Assembly: GCA_903934925.1 (NCBI GenBank)
Contig: CAIZPS010000054.1
Location: forward strand, 1 to 48,362
Direction of reading: 5' to 3'
DNA from: an uncultured bacterium
Lineage (GTDB): Bacteria > Actinomycetota > Actinomycetes > S36-B12
DNA length: 48,362 nucleotides
In this document: in pieces, positions 37,261 to 46,522 of the stretch
How positions within the stretch are numbered: the first letter of the stretch is position 1
Layout: each line of letters starts with the position of its first letter
The notes under the pieces: model-generated
The model's input: the letters and a program-made list of their open reading frames with translations, nothing else
Told to the model about the DNA's origin: nothing
The model's database searches: none
Position numbers and translations under genes: made by a program

Positions 37261-38249
37261 CCTTTCACGGACCAGGCTGCCGCCAGCCTCTGGTGCCAGT
37301 AGGACGCACGCTCCTCGCCGATGCGCGCCCGGGCCCGCTCGAGGGCCGGTTCATCCGGGAAGACCCTCTCGACCGGCACCCGCCCGCCGCCCGGCAGGAC
37401 CGGCTGACCGAGATCGTCCGCCAGCAGGGTGCCGGTGCCGAGCCCGCAGGCATACGGCAGGTCGGGCAGGGCGGCAGCAGCAGCGATGGACGTCGCGAGT
37501 CCCACCGAGGTGTCGAGGGAGCCGCTGACGACCACGGGCACGTCGAGTCGCTCGGCAAGACGAAGCGTCGCCTCGACTCCCCCGAGGGTCGCCGGCTTGA
37601 GCACCGCGACGTCGGCAACATCGCGCACCCCGGTGACGGGCTCATCCGCCCAACGGATGAGCTCATCGACCGCGAACCGCACATCGACACGGGACCGGAG
37701 GTCGACCAACTCTTCCCGTGTCCGGCACGGCTGCTCGACGTACTCCAGGTCGAAAGCTGCGAGACATGCCAGGGCCTGCCTCCCCCGCTCGACGTCCCAG
37801 GCGCCGTTCGCATCGATGCGGATCGATCCGCGGCCCGCTCCGAGGAGTTCCGTCAGGACTTCCCGGACGGCAGCGACCCGGGCCTCGTCATCGGCCAGGT
37901 CCGCAGAGCCGACCTTGACCTTGATGGTCGTGCAACCATGATCGATCACCGCCGCACGCGTGAGGTCCGCTGCGAGCGCAGACGGCACGGCCGGGAGAAT
38001 CGCGTTGACCGGTACATCGGGACGCACCGGTTCGGGCCACTGCCCGTATGCGGCCTCGATCGCACTCTCCAGCCACCGGGCCGCCGCCACATCGGAGTAG
38101 TCGTCGAAGGGCGCGAACTCACCCCAGCCTGACGGACCCTGAATGAGGACACCCTCACGCAGTCGCAGGCCACGGAACTCCCGGTGCAGGGGAACGGCGA
38201 AGGGAACCGCAGTGCTCAGGAGGTCCGACAGGGTGGGCCGCTCCGACAT
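37257..38249 (-). CDS. menC: o-Succinylbenzoate synthase (MenC, enolase superfamily)
   Basis: The 330-aa product has GWGEFAPF, TTIKVKVG, IRIDANGAW and LEYVEQP. It has a 4-nt overlap with menD and a 1-nt overlap with menB. Confidence 0.85.
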   Translation of the reverse strand: MSERPTLSDLLSTAVPFAVPLHREFRGLRLREGVLIQGPSGWGEFAPFDDYSDVAAARWLESAIEAAYGQWPEPVRPDVPVNAILPAVPSALAADLTRAAVIDHGCTTIKVKVGSADLADDEARVAAVREVLTELLGAGRGSIRIDANGAWDVERGRQALACLAAFDLEYVEQPCRTREELVDLRSRVDVRFAVDELIRWADEPVTGVRDVADVAVLKPATLGGVEATLRLAERLDVPVVVSGSLDTSVGLATSIAAAAALPDLPYACGLGTGTLLADDLGQPVLPGGGRVPVERVFPDEPALERARARIGEERASYWHQRLAAAWSVKG

Positions 38250-39181
38250 CAGGGGCGCTTGGGGAACTGACTGAAGTTCGGGCGCTGCTTGTTCTTGTAG
38301 GCGTCACGCCCGTGCTGTGCTTCCTCCGTCATGTAGAACAGCAGGGTCGCGTCACCCGCGAGCTGCTGCACTCCGGCGAGACCATCGTCAGCGGCGTTGT
38401 GCGAGGCCTTGAGCATGCGCAAGGCGAGCGGCGACATCTCAAGCATGCGCCGTGCGATGTCGACCGTCGCTACCTCTAGGTCCTCGATAGGAACCACCTC
38501 GTTGACCAGGCCCCAGTCGAACGCCTGTGCAGCGCCGTACTGCTCGCACAGGTACCACACCTCGCGTGACCTCTTCTGGCCGATGGTGCGCGCCAGCAGG
38601 CCGGAGCCGTAACCTCCGTCGAACGACCCGACCAGTGGGCCGGTCTGGCCGAAGCGGGCGTTGTCCGCGGCGATCGTCATGTCACACACGACGTGCAGTA
38701 CGTGGCCTCCGCCGATGGCGTAGCCGGCCACCATCGCGATGACTGGCTTCGGCGTCCGCCGGATCTGGATCTGCAGGTCGAGCACATTGAGTCGGCCGAT
38801 CCCCTTGCGAGCAATCTCGTCGCTGCCGATGTAGCCGTCGTCACCGCGGATCGCCTGATCACCGCCGGAGCAGAAGGCGAGGTCGCCCTGGCCGGTCAGG
38901 ATGATCACGCCGATCTCGTCATCATCCCGGGCGCGGTTGAAGGCATCCTGCAGCTCGAACAGGGTCTGCGGGCGGAAGGCGTTGCGACGTGCGGGGCGAT
39001 CGATCGTGATCTTCGCGATCCCTGCTGACTCACCTGTCGACACTTCGTACCGGATGTCGCCATAGTCGCCCTCGGCGCGCCACTCGCATCCCGCAGCAGC
39101 CGACGAGTGAGCGGGATCGACCAGAGCAGGTGAGCCCTCAGGCGCGACCGGGGGAAGCACGTAGCGAGTCCGGGTGTCCAT
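38249..39181 (-). CDS. menB: 1,4-dihydroxy-2-naphthoyl-CoA synthase (MenB)
   Basis: The 310-aa crotonase-fold product has [42 protein letters not shown] and GSFDGGYGS. Confidence 0.93.
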   Translation of the reverse strand: MDTRTRYVLPPVAPEGSPALVDPAHSSAAAGCEWRAEGDYGDIRYEVSTGESAGIAKITIDRPARRNAFRPQTLFELQDAFNRARDDDEIGVIILTGQGDLAFCSGGDQAIRGDDGYIGSDEIARKGIGRLNVLDLQIQIRRTPKPVIAMVAGYAIGGGHVLHVVCDMTIAADNARFGQTGPLVGSFDGGYGSGLLARTIGQKRSREVWYLCEQYGAAQAFDWGLVNEVVPIEDLEVATVDIARRMLEMSPLALRMLKASHNAADDGLAGVQQLAGDATLLFYMTEEAQHGRDAYKNKQRPNFSQFPKRP

Positions 39182-39211
39182 GATGGGAAACCTACCGTTC
39201 GGCCTACGCTC

Positions 39212-40426
39212 GTGCAGATGGTGAGCCGCAGCCTTCTCCGCGTTCCCGTGCCTCCGGGCACGGAGGGTCCCGCGCGCCTGCTTCCCGCGCTCGCCGAGGC
39301 GCTCAGCGGAGTCGGTCCCGCGATCGCCCCTGTGCCCACCGTCTCCTCCACGGTCTCCAACGACTACGTCATGGGGATCCTCGCCGCCCTGCGTCCCGAT
39401 GACCTCCCCCTGGAATCGGATGACGTCGCCGTCGCCATCGCGACGTCCGGCTCAACCGGACAGCCACGCGGCGTCCTGCACTCGGCAGCATCCCTCACCG
39501 CACTCAACGAGACCGTCAACGGACCAGGCAAGCGCCCCCGGTGGGTCCTTGCGCTGCCAGTCACGTCGATCGGTGGACTCAACGTGCTGGTGCGCGCGCT
39601 CGCCGCCGATCGCGAGCCCGTCGTCGTGCCCTCCATCGGCGGGTTCGGCCCGTTCACACCGGATGCCTTCGCCGAGGCCGTGGACCGTGCTCGCCGGGAC
39701 GACGAGGACGTTCGCGTGTCGCTGGTTCCTGCTCAGGTTGCACGCCTGATGTCGAGCGAGGCCGGCACCGAAGCACTGCGACAGTGCTCCCGCATCCTGG
39801 TGGGCGGGTCCGCCCTGCGTCAGTCATTGCGTGACGTGGCCGAGGCGCTCGGGGTGTCTCTGACGTCGACGTACGGCTCTACCGAGACAGCGGGCGGGTG
39901 CGTGTTCGATGGCCGACCGCTCCACGGCGTGGACGTCCGGATCGACGACGCCTCCGGCGCACTCATCGTCGGCGGACCCACCGTTGCTCTTGGATATCGG
40001 GGCGAGCCAGCCCTGACACAGGAGCTGTTCGGTCCGGACGGATTCCGCACCCCGGACATCGGCAGGATCGAGACGGACGGGCGCATCACGATCATCGGCC
40101 GAGCAGACGATGTCGTGGTCATCAATGGCGTGAACATCGGGGTCACTGCGGTCGAGCAGGTTCTGGTCGATCATCCGGACATCGAGGCGGCAGCGGTCGT
40201 GGTCGTCTCGGATCCGGCGCGCGAGCCGGCGCTGCATGCCTTCGTCGTCCCACGGGACGGAGCCCCACGCGCTGTCGACGATGCCCGCGAGGCGACCGCC
40301 CAGAGGCTCGGCCGACTCGCCGCGCCGGCCATGCACCGGGTCGGGTCGCTGCCACACCTGCCCAATGGCAAGGTTGACCGCCGGCTGCTGACCGAGTGGG
40401 CCGCATCCGGACAGGAGGACCACTGA
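39212..40426 (+). CDS. menE: o-Succinylbenzoate-CoA ligase (MenE)
   Basis: The product is an adenylate-forming enzyme with [28 protein letters not shown] and LPNGKVDRR. The start is ambiguous among GTG 39212, ATG 39218 and GTG 39221. Confidence 0.85.
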   Translation: MQMVSRSLLRVPVPPGTEGPARLLPALAEALSGVGPAIAPVPTVSSTVSNDYVMGILAALRPDDLPLESDDVAVAIATSGSTGQPRGVLHSAASLTALNETVNGPGKRPRWVLALPVTSIGGLNVLVRALAADREPVVVPSIGGFGPFTPDAFAEAVDRARRDDEDVRVSLVPAQVARLMSSEAGTEALRQCSRILVGGSALRQSLRDVAEALGVSLTSTYGSTETAGGCVFDGRPLHGVDVRIDDASGALIVGGPTVALGYRGEPALTQELFGPDGFRTPDIGRIETDGRITIIGRADDVVVINGVNIGVTAVEQVLVDHPDIEAAAVVVVSDPAREPALHAFVVPRDGAPRAVDDAREATAQRLGRLAAPAMHRVGSLPHLPNGKVDRRLLTEWAASGQEDH

Positions 40427-41301
40427 TGGCAACACCGCGCGAATGGTGGCAGGGCGCACGGCCGCGCACGCTGCCGGCCGCGATCGCGCCGGTGGCCGTC
40501 GGAGCCGGGCTCGGCGTTCACGCCGGGGCCTTCGACGCGGTGCGCGTCGCACTGGCCCTCGGTGTCGCCGTGCTGCTGCAGGTGGGCGTCAACTTCGCCA
40601 ACGACTACAGCGACGGCATTCGGGGCACCGACACCGTCCGGGTCGGGCCTGTGCGCCTCGTAGGGCAGGAACTGGCCAGCCCACGTGCGGTGCGGACTGC
40701 CGCGTACCTCTCCCTGTTCGGAGCGGCGGTCCTCGGACTGGTGCTGGTGATCCTGACCCGGCAGTGGTGGCTCATCGGCGTGGGAGTCGCCTGCATTGCC
40801 GCGGCCTGGCTCTACACGGGCGGACCGCGCCCCTACGGCTACGCCGGTCTCGGTGAGGTCTTCGTCTTCCTCTTCTTCGGACCGGTGCCGGTGATCGGCA
40901 CGGCATACGTGCAGACGCTGACCATCACCAGCACCGACGTGCTGGCCTCTCTCGGCGTGGGGATGCTCATCTGCGCCATCCTCGTCACGAACAACCTTCG
41001 GGACATTCCCGGCGACAGTCGCGTGGGCAAGCGAACACTCGCCGTGCGACTTGGCGACGAACGAACGCGGATGCTCTATGCGGCACTGGTGACAGGGGCC
41101 CTCGCTGCGCCGGTGCTGCTCGTGCCCGCGACGTCAGCGCTCATCGTTCTGACGAGCGCGACCGGCCTGCTCGCCATCGCCCCCCTGCGCACCGTGCTCG
41201 GCGGTGCCGAGGGGCCTCGGCTCATCCCCGCCCTCACCGGCACGAGCGTCCTCGTGCTGGCCTACGGTCTTGTGCTCGGGCTCCTGCTCGCTGTCGCGTG
41301 A
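40426..41301 (+). CDS. menA: 1,4-dihydroxy-2-naphthoate polyprenyltransferase (MenA, UbiA family)
   Basis: The product reads [19 protein letters not shown], with NFANDYSDGIRGTD (NxxxDxxxD) and NNLRDIPGDSRVGKRTLAVRLG. Its ATG overlaps the menE stop (TGATG). Confidence 0.9.
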   Translation: MATPREWWQGARPRTLPAAIAPVAVGAGLGVHAGAFDAVRVALALGVAVLLQVGVNFANDYSDGIRGTDTVRVGPVRLVGQELASPRAVRTAAYLSLFGAAVLGLVLVILTRQWWLIGVGVACIAAAWLYTGGPRPYGYAGLGEVFVFLFFGPVPVIGTAYVQTLTITSTDVLASLGVGMLICAILVTNNLRDIPGDSRVGKRTLAVRLGDERTRMLYAALVTGALAAPVLLVPATSALIVLTSATGLLAIAPLRTVLGGAEGPRLIPALTGTSVLVLAYGLVLGLLLAVA

Positions 41302-41592
41302 GCCCTCGGCCGGCGGCCAGGACTCGTCAAGATCCTCGGCCCTCGTCGCGGCGTCGATTCGCTCGTTGATGCGGGCAAAGAAGCGTCCCGTCGCCCGGCC
41401 CACACGGCCGCGATGGCGATCGAGGACGACGAGGCTGACCGCCCCGGAGATGAGCAGCCCGGCGACGGCCGCCCACAGGGCGTCGAGCGGGGTCAGATAC
41501 CACACCAGCGCCCAGGCCGCGAGGAAGATCACCAACCTCAGGACCGAGTACACGATGACCGCTCGCGCTGTGGAGGAGCGGGTCTCGGGCAT
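41134..41592 (-). CDS. Small two-helix membrane protein (DUF4229-like) with long low-complexity tail antisense to the menA 3' end
   Basis: The product reads MPETRSSTARAVIVYSVLRLVIFLAAWALVWYL...LWAAVAGLLISGAVSLVVLDRHR. This is two TM helices followed by a charged C-terminus. No in-frame stop occurs until 41134. The alternative start is ATG 41628. Confidence 0.55.
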   Translation of the reverse strand: MPETRSSTARAVIVYSVLRLVIFLAAWALVWYLTPLDALWAAVAGLLISGAVSLVVLDRHRGRVGRATGRFFARINERIDAATRAEDLDESWPPAEGSRDSEQEPEHKTVGQHEDARAGEGGDEPRPLGTAEHGAQGGDGEQAGRARQNDER

Positions 41593-41674
41593 TGCCCTAC
41601 CGTACGTGAGCCTCCGGGCGACGTGCATGCTGACCGCGGTCCCGTAGTCTGGAGTCCTTCGTCCGGACCGGGAG

Positions 41675-41998
41675 GTGACTGTGCTGCGGGTGGCGGGAGC
41701 GATCCTTGCGGTCGCCTTCTACATCTACTGCATCATCGACGTGCTGCGCACGCGGTCCGGAGAGACCCGAGCCCTGCCCCGATGGGTGTGGCTGATCCTC
41801 GTCATCCTCGTGCCCATCATCGGCGGCCTGCTGTGGCTGCTGCTGGGCAAGGTCTGGAACTCCCCCGGCTCGAACCGCCGCCGACGCCGCGGCCCCGTGG
41901 CCCCCGATGACGATCCAGCCTTCCTCAAAAAGATCGGCGACGACGCCTGGAGCCAGCGCATGAAGCAGCGGCGCGGCAAGGGCGAGGCGACCTCCTGA
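41675..41998 (+). CDS. PLD-nuclease-N-terminal-domain (PLDc_N) small membrane protein
   Basis: The 107-aa product has IIDVLRTRSGETRALPRWVWLILVILVPIIGGLLWLLLGK, the signature of this family. The start is GTG 41675 or GTG 41681, after GGAGG. Confidence 0.7.
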   Translation: MTVLRVAGAILAVAFYIYCIIDVLRTRSGETRALPRWVWLILVILVPIIGGLLWLLLGKVWNSPGSNRRRRRGPVAPDDDPAFLKKIGDDAWSQRMKQRRGKGEATS

Positions 41999-42010
41999 TC
42001 CTGCAGGAGT

Positions 42011-42964
42011 TCAGACGCCGGCGTACGAGTGCAGGCTGTTCGCGAAGAAGTTGACGCCGTAGTAGTTGATCAGGAACGAGATCCAGCCGGCGATGGCGAT
42101 CCATGAGGCACGGTTGCCCCGCCACCCTGCGGTCGATCGGGCGTGGAGGTAGGCCGCGAAGACCACCCAGGTGATGAACGCCCACGTCTCCTTGGGGTCC
42201 CAGCCCCAATAGCGCCCCCAGGCGTTCTCGGCCCAGATGGCGCCGGCGACCACCGCGAAGGTCCAGAGCGGGAAGGAGAACGCGACGACGACGTTGGTCA
42301 GCCGCTCGAGCCGCTCGCGGGTGGGCAGGCGTGCCGCCCACCCCATGACGTCAGTCGTGCCCTGACGTGACTCGACTCGGCCCCTCGCAATAGCAAGCGA
42401 TGCCGTCGCAGCCGCGAAGGTGAATGCGCCGAAGCAGACGATGGCGGCGGAGACATGGATGACGAGCCAGTAGCTCTTCAGAGCCGGCACCAGTTGCGCG
42501 GCCTCGGTGTAGAGGACGGTGACGGCGAGACCGAGCCACAGCAGGGTGGGGATGACGACGAAGAGACCCAGCCAGCGCAGGTCGCGCTTGATCGACATGA
42601 CGAGGAACACCGCGAGCACGCCCAGCGCCGCCGTGATCGAGAACTCGTACATGTTGCCCCAGGGCACACGCCCGGCCCAGACTCCCCGGAGCACGACTCC
42701 CACGAGCAGCAGCAACGTGGCGAGCCAGGTGAGGGACATGCCGACGTTGCCCGCCCGACGTCCGGGCTGAACACTCTCGGCGGGCTCCTCCCGGACGAGC
42801 AGGGCCGTGCCCCCCGCACCCTCCATCACCGGCGTGACGACCGGAGCCACAGGACGGCGACCAGCGGCGAAGGAGGCCGCGAAGGCGACCATCGCGATCG
42901 CGAGCGTGACCATGGTGGCGTAGACGAACGCGTTGCTCATCTCGGCCAGTTGGACGCTGGTCAC
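42011..42964 (-). CDS. ccsB: Cytochrome c biogenesis protein CcsB/ResC (System II haem handling)
   Basis: The 317-aa product has the WWD-type motif AENAWGRYWGWDPKETWA and conserved His residues. Its GTG start overlaps the resB stop (GTGA). Confidence 0.9.
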   Translation of the reverse strand: MTSVQLAEMSNAFVYATMVTLAIAMVAFAASFAAGRRPVAPVVTPVMEGAGGTALLVREEPAESVQPGRRAGNVGMSLTWLATLLLLVGVVLRGVWAGRVPWGNMYEFSITAALGVLAVFLVMSIKRDLRWLGLFVVIPTLLWLGLAVTVLYTEAAQLVPALKSYWLVIHVSAAIVCFGAFTFAAATASLAIARGRVESRQGTTDVMGWAARLPTRERLERLTNVVVAFSFPLWTFAVVAGAIWAENAWGRYWGWDPKETWAFITWVVFAAYLHARSTAGWRGNRASWIAIAGWISFLINYYGVNFFANSLHSYAGV

Positions 42965-44520
42965 GCCTGACCTCCTCGTGGTTCCTCACGGGCCTGCATG
43001 CGCGCTGCCACGTGCACTACGTCGGGTTCGAGATCGACCGCCTCCGTCTTGCCCAGGGCTGCGACCTCGACGAGCGTACCTCCGTCTTCGGTGGCCGTCG
43101 CGCGCACCCACATTCTGCGGCGGCGAACGAACAGGGAGATCATCAGGCCGAGCATCGCGACGACGGACGACAGCAGCGCCAACTCCTTGCCCGGGTCATG
43201 GGCGATCTGGAAGGACGCCCACCGATCGAAGTCGACGAACTCGATCGAGCCGAGGCCCTCGGGCAGCTGCCACGTGTCGCCGGGAATGAGCGACTCCAGG
43301 CCCACCTGCTCCATCGACGAGGTGTCGAGCGTGTAGACGCTCTGCGGGGCACCGGAGTCCATGCCGAGGTCGCCCGTGAACGCGGACAGGAAGACGGCGG
43401 GATAGTCCGGAGCAGGGAAGATCGAGTGCGGCCCGAGTTCCTCGGTGAGCGCGGCCGTGGGCAGGAACAGTCCGGTGAAGCCAAGCGAGGGCTCGGCGTC
43501 GGGGATCTTGATGACGCCCGTGGACGTGAAGTTGCCGTCCTGCGGCAGGAACACGACCGTGTCGTCGAACACGATCGACCCGCGCGAGTCACGCACGATG
43601 AAGCGCGGGGCGTACCCGTGCCCGACCAGAAAGACCTTGGCCCCATCGGCCACGAGCGGCTCATTCACCTGGACCGTCGTCTGCTCCGGTGTGGATCCCG
43701 GCTCTGCGCGGTACGTCAGGTCAGCCTCGAACAGCCGAGGCGCCCCAAGCTGCGCCTCGCCGCGCTCGAAGTCCACGCGGAAGTCGTCGAGAGTGAAGGA
43801 GAACGGGGCCAGCTGGTCTGCCGACATCATGCGACCGGCGCCCCAGGCGTCGTACTGGGTGAGGGTGTTCGAGAACCCGGACCCCTCTCGGACGACGACG
43901 TTTCCGCGCCAGCCCAGCACCCCACCGACGGCGATGCCGACAAGGACAAGGACAAGCGCTAGGTGGAACACCAGGTTTCCGGTCTCCCGCCAGTAGCCCT
44001 TCTCCGCAGCAACCCACTCACCGGGGGACGTGCGCACGCGCCATCGCTCCGATCGGAGCAGCGTCGCGGCATCGTCCAGCACCTCGCCGGGCGGCCGGTC
44101 GAGCCGGAACCGGGCGTGCGCGGGAAGGCGGCTCAGGTTGCGCGGGGCAGCGGGAGGCGGCGTGCGCAGCGCCCGCAGGTGCACTCCGATGCGGGGCAGC
44201 ACGCACCCGATCAGGGAGATGAAGAGCAGCAGGTACACCGCCGCGAACCACGGCGCGGCATACACGTCGAAGAAGCCCAGGGCATCCAGTACGGGGGCGG
44301 TGGTCGGGTTCTGCTCGATCCACTGGTCGACCCTCAGAGGATTGGTGCCGCGCTGCGGGAGCATCGAGCCGGGAATGCTCACGACGGCCAGGAGGAACAG
44401 CAGGATCAGTGCCGTGCGCATGCTCGTCAGCTGGCGCCAGAGCCAGCGCAGGAAACCGGTCGAGCCCAGGGGCGGCAGCGGAGCGGTGTCGTCGGTGCGC
44501 ACGGCGGAGTCGGTGGTCAC
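42961..44520 (-). CDS. resB: Cytochrome c biogenesis protein ResB/Ccs1
   Basis: From GTG 44518-44520 the product reads VTTDSAVRTDDTAPLPPLGSTGFLRWLWRQLTSMRTALILLFLLAVVSIPGSMLPQ, a typical ResB N-terminus. Its start overlaps the ccdA stop (GTGA). The upstream part of track ORF 42961..45228 is an out-of-frame read-through of ccdA. Confidence 0.88.
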   Translation of the reverse strand: MTTDSAVRTDDTAPLPPLGSTGFLRWLWRQLTSMRTALILLFLLAVVSIPGSMLPQRGTNPLRVDQWIEQNPTTAPVLDALGFFDVYAAPWFAAVYLLLFISLIGCVLPRIGVHLRALRTPPPAAPRNLSRLPAHARFRLDRPPGEVLDDAATLLRSERWRVRTSPGEWVAAEKGYWRETGNLVFHLALVLVLVGIAVGGVLGWRGNVVVREGSGFSNTLTQYDAWGAGRMMSADQLAPFSFTLDDFRVDFERGEAQLGAPRLFEADLTYRAEPGSTPEQTTVQVNEPLVADGAKVFLVGHGYAPRFIVRDSRGSIVFDDTVVFLPQDGNFTSTGVIKIPDAEPSLGFTGLFLPTAALTEELGPHSIFPAPDYPAVFLSAFTGDLGMDSGAPQSVYTLDTSSMEQVGLESLIPGDTWQLPEGLGSIEFVDFDRWASFQIAHDPGKELALLSSVVAMLGLMISLFVRRRRMWVRATATEDGGTLVEVAALGKTEAVDLEPDVVHVAARMQAREEPRGGQA

Positions 44521-45266
44521 AGCGCCGTCTCGAATCCGGGCAGCGTCACGCGCAGCCACACCGTGAAGTCGGACCACAGGCCCGAGACGAGAAGCACGCC
44601 CACGAGGACCAGCATGCCGCCCCCGATGCGCATCACCCACACGTAGTGCCGCCGGACCCAGCCGATCGCACGGGCCATGGAACTGAAGGCGACGGCCAGG
44701 AGGATGAAGGGCAGCCCCAGGCCGAGGCAGTACACGAGGGACAGCAGGGCGCCGCGCGCTGCACTGGCCTCGGTGAAAGCCATCGACTGAACCACGGTGA
44801 GGGTCGGACCAATGCAGGGCGACCAGCCGATGCCGAAGAGCACCCCGAGCAGCGGGGCTCCCGCAACCCCCCATGTGGGTGCGCGATGCATGCGCCACTC
44901 CCGCTGCAGGCCGGGGATGAGCCCCATGAAGGCGAGTCCCATGACGATGACGACCACACCGAGTACGCGGTTGATGACATCCGCGTACTCCAGGAGCACC
45001 GATCCGATGCCTCCGAACAGCATGCCGTAGCTGACGAAGACGATGCTGAATCCCAGGACGAACAGGATGCTGCCGGCGAGCACGCGCCGTCGACTGCCAC
45101 TGCCCTCCGCAAGTTCGGCGCCCGTCAAGCCCGTGATGTAGGAGACGTAGCCCGGAGCAAGCGGCAGGACACACGGACTGAGGAACGCGACGAGGCCGGC
45201 AGCGAAGGCGATCGGGACAGCAAGCCACAGGGCTCCCCCTGAGACCACCTCGACGATGCCGTCCAT
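44517..45266 (-). CDS. ccdA: Cytochrome c-type biogenesis thiol-disulfide transporter CcdA (DsbD family)
   Basis: The product reads MDGIVEVV...FLSPCVLPLAPGY and also has GWSPCIGPTL. These are the two conserved Cys in TM helices. Its start overlaps the upstream stop (TGATG). Confidence 0.9.
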   Translation of the reverse strand: MDGIVEVVSGGALWLAVPIAFAAGLVAFLSPCVLPLAPGYVSYITGLTGAELAEGSGSRRRVLAGSILFVLGFSIVFVSYGMLFGGIGSVLLEYADVINRVLGVVVIVMGLAFMGLIPGLQREWRMHRAPTWGVAGAPLLGVLFGIGWSPCIGPTLTVVQSMAFTEASAARGALLSLVYCLGLGLPFILLAVAFSSMARAIGWVRRHYVWVMRIGGGMLVLVGVLLVSGLWSDFTVWLRVTLPGFETAL

Positions 45267-45865
45267 CAGGTATCCGGCTCGCTCTCGGCCAGGATCGGTT
45301 CGATCATGCCGCGCAGCGCCGACTCGCTCGCCTTGCCCAGCACGCGGCCGGCCACCCGTCCCTCGCGATCGATGACGAGCGTTGACGGGATCGCCTGCGG
45401 TGGCAGGGTGTCGCTGAAGAGCAGTTGGAGCTGCCCGTCGCGGTCGATGACATTGGCGTACTCGATGCCGAACCGATCGATGAAGGCACGTGCTGACGCA
45501 TCGGAGTCCCGGGTGTCGAGGCCGACGAACGTCACTCCCTGGGCCTGCAGCTCCTCCGAGAGCGCGGCGAGGGTTGGTGCCTCGGCTCGGCATGGCGCGC
45601 ACCACGAGGCCCACACGTTGAGAACCACCACGTCGCCCCGGTGGTCGGCAAGTCGGAACGTTTCGCCGTCGAGCGTGGGGCCTACGACATCCGGTGCCGC
45701 TACCCGCTCGCTCGGGGGAACCAGCACGATCGATCCGTCTCCGGCTACGTACCCTGCCTCGGGGACGGAGCCGGCCTCGGCCTCAGCTGATCCGCCACAG
45801 CCGGCGACCAGGAGTGCGACGGCGATGAGGGCTCCAGCAGGGATCAGGATCGAATGCAGGCGCAT
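45266..45865 (-). CDS. TlpA/ResA-like thiol-disulfide oxidoreductase lipoprotein
   Basis: The product reads MRLHSILIPAGALIAVALLVAGC (lipobox) and has the thioredoxin motif NVWASWCAPCRAEAP. Confidence 0.88.
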   Translation of the reverse strand: MRLHSILIPAGALIAVALLVAGCGGSAEAEAGSVPEAGYVAGDGSIVLVPPSERVAAPDVVGPTLDGETFRLADHRGDVVVLNVWASWCAPCRAEAPTLAALSEELQAQGVTFVGLDTRDSDASARAFIDRFGIEYANVIDRDGQLQLLFSDTLPPQAIPSTLVIDREGRVAGRVLGKASESALRGMIEPILAESEPDT

Positions 45866-45872
45866 GATGCCA

Positions 45873-46520
45873 TCATGCGCCGGCGATCTTGCTCGCGCTC
45901 GCGAGCAGATCGCGGGAGGGCTCCGTGTAGGCGATGGAGACCAGCGCGTCCCCACGGAACTCCAGCGATGTCAGGGAGGCCAGGGAGCACTGGCGACTGC
46001 GGGGGTCATGCCAGAGTCGCCGCTGCTCAGCCGCCAGCCGCGCGATCCAGATCGGCAGCTGGTGACTGACAAGCACCGCCTCATGCCCACGCGCGAGCTC
46101 ACGCGCATCACTGACGGCCGATGTCATGCGCGCTGCCACCTCGTCGTAGGGCTCACCCCAGGATGGCTTGAACGGGTTGTACAGGTAGCGCCACGTGCGA
46201 GGCTGCTTGAGGACGCCGTCACCCACGCTGACCTTCTGGCCCTCGAAGATGTTGTCGGCCTCGATCAGCTGCGGGTCGATCTGGATCGAAAGCCCGTGTC
46301 GATCCGCGACAGGCGTGGCCGTCTGCTGCGCACGCTCCATTGGCGAGGAGATGACATGAGAGATGTCGTGGTCGGCGAGGGCATCAGCCGCGCGTACGGC
46401 CATCTGTCGACCCAGATCGGACAGGTAGTAGCCGGGAAGCCGGCCGTAGAGCACACCCTCCGGATTGAACACCTCACCGTGCCGGAGCAGGTGCACAACC
46501 GTGCGGTCATCGGAGGCCAT
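45873..46520 (-). CDS. Histidine phosphatase family protein (phosphoglycerate-mutase-like)
   Basis: The product reads MASDDRTVVHLLRHGEVFNPEGVLYG (RHGE motif) and has LVSHQLPI. Its position between the haem gene and the TlpA-like gene matches what I recall for mycobacteria. Confidence 0.8.
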   Translation of the reverse strand: MASDDRTVVHLLRHGEVFNPEGVLYGRLPGYYLSDLGRQMAVRAADALADHDISHVISSPMERAQQTATPVADRHGLSIQIDPQLIEADNIFEGQKVSVGDGVLKQPRTWRYLYNPFKPSWGEPYDEVAARMTSAVSDARELARGHEAVLVSHQLPIWIARLAAEQRRLWHDPRSRQCSLASLTSLEFRGDALVSIAYTEPSRDLLASASKIAGA

Positions 46521-46522
46521 GG

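Noticed and set aside
35917-37302. 461-aa plus-strand ORF, and the similar 45306..46619 (437 aa)
   Set aside because: They are antisense to menD, and to the TlpA-like and histidine phosphatase genes respectively. There are no motifs, and the composition is that of a shadow ORF.
42961-45228. 755-aa ORF suggesting a giant ResB
   Set aside because: The N-terminal 236 codons are an alternative frame of ccdA. The true ResB N-terminus (LRWLWRQLTSMRTALILL) follows the GTG at 44520, which overlaps the ccdA stop in the GTGA arrangement seen throughout the window.
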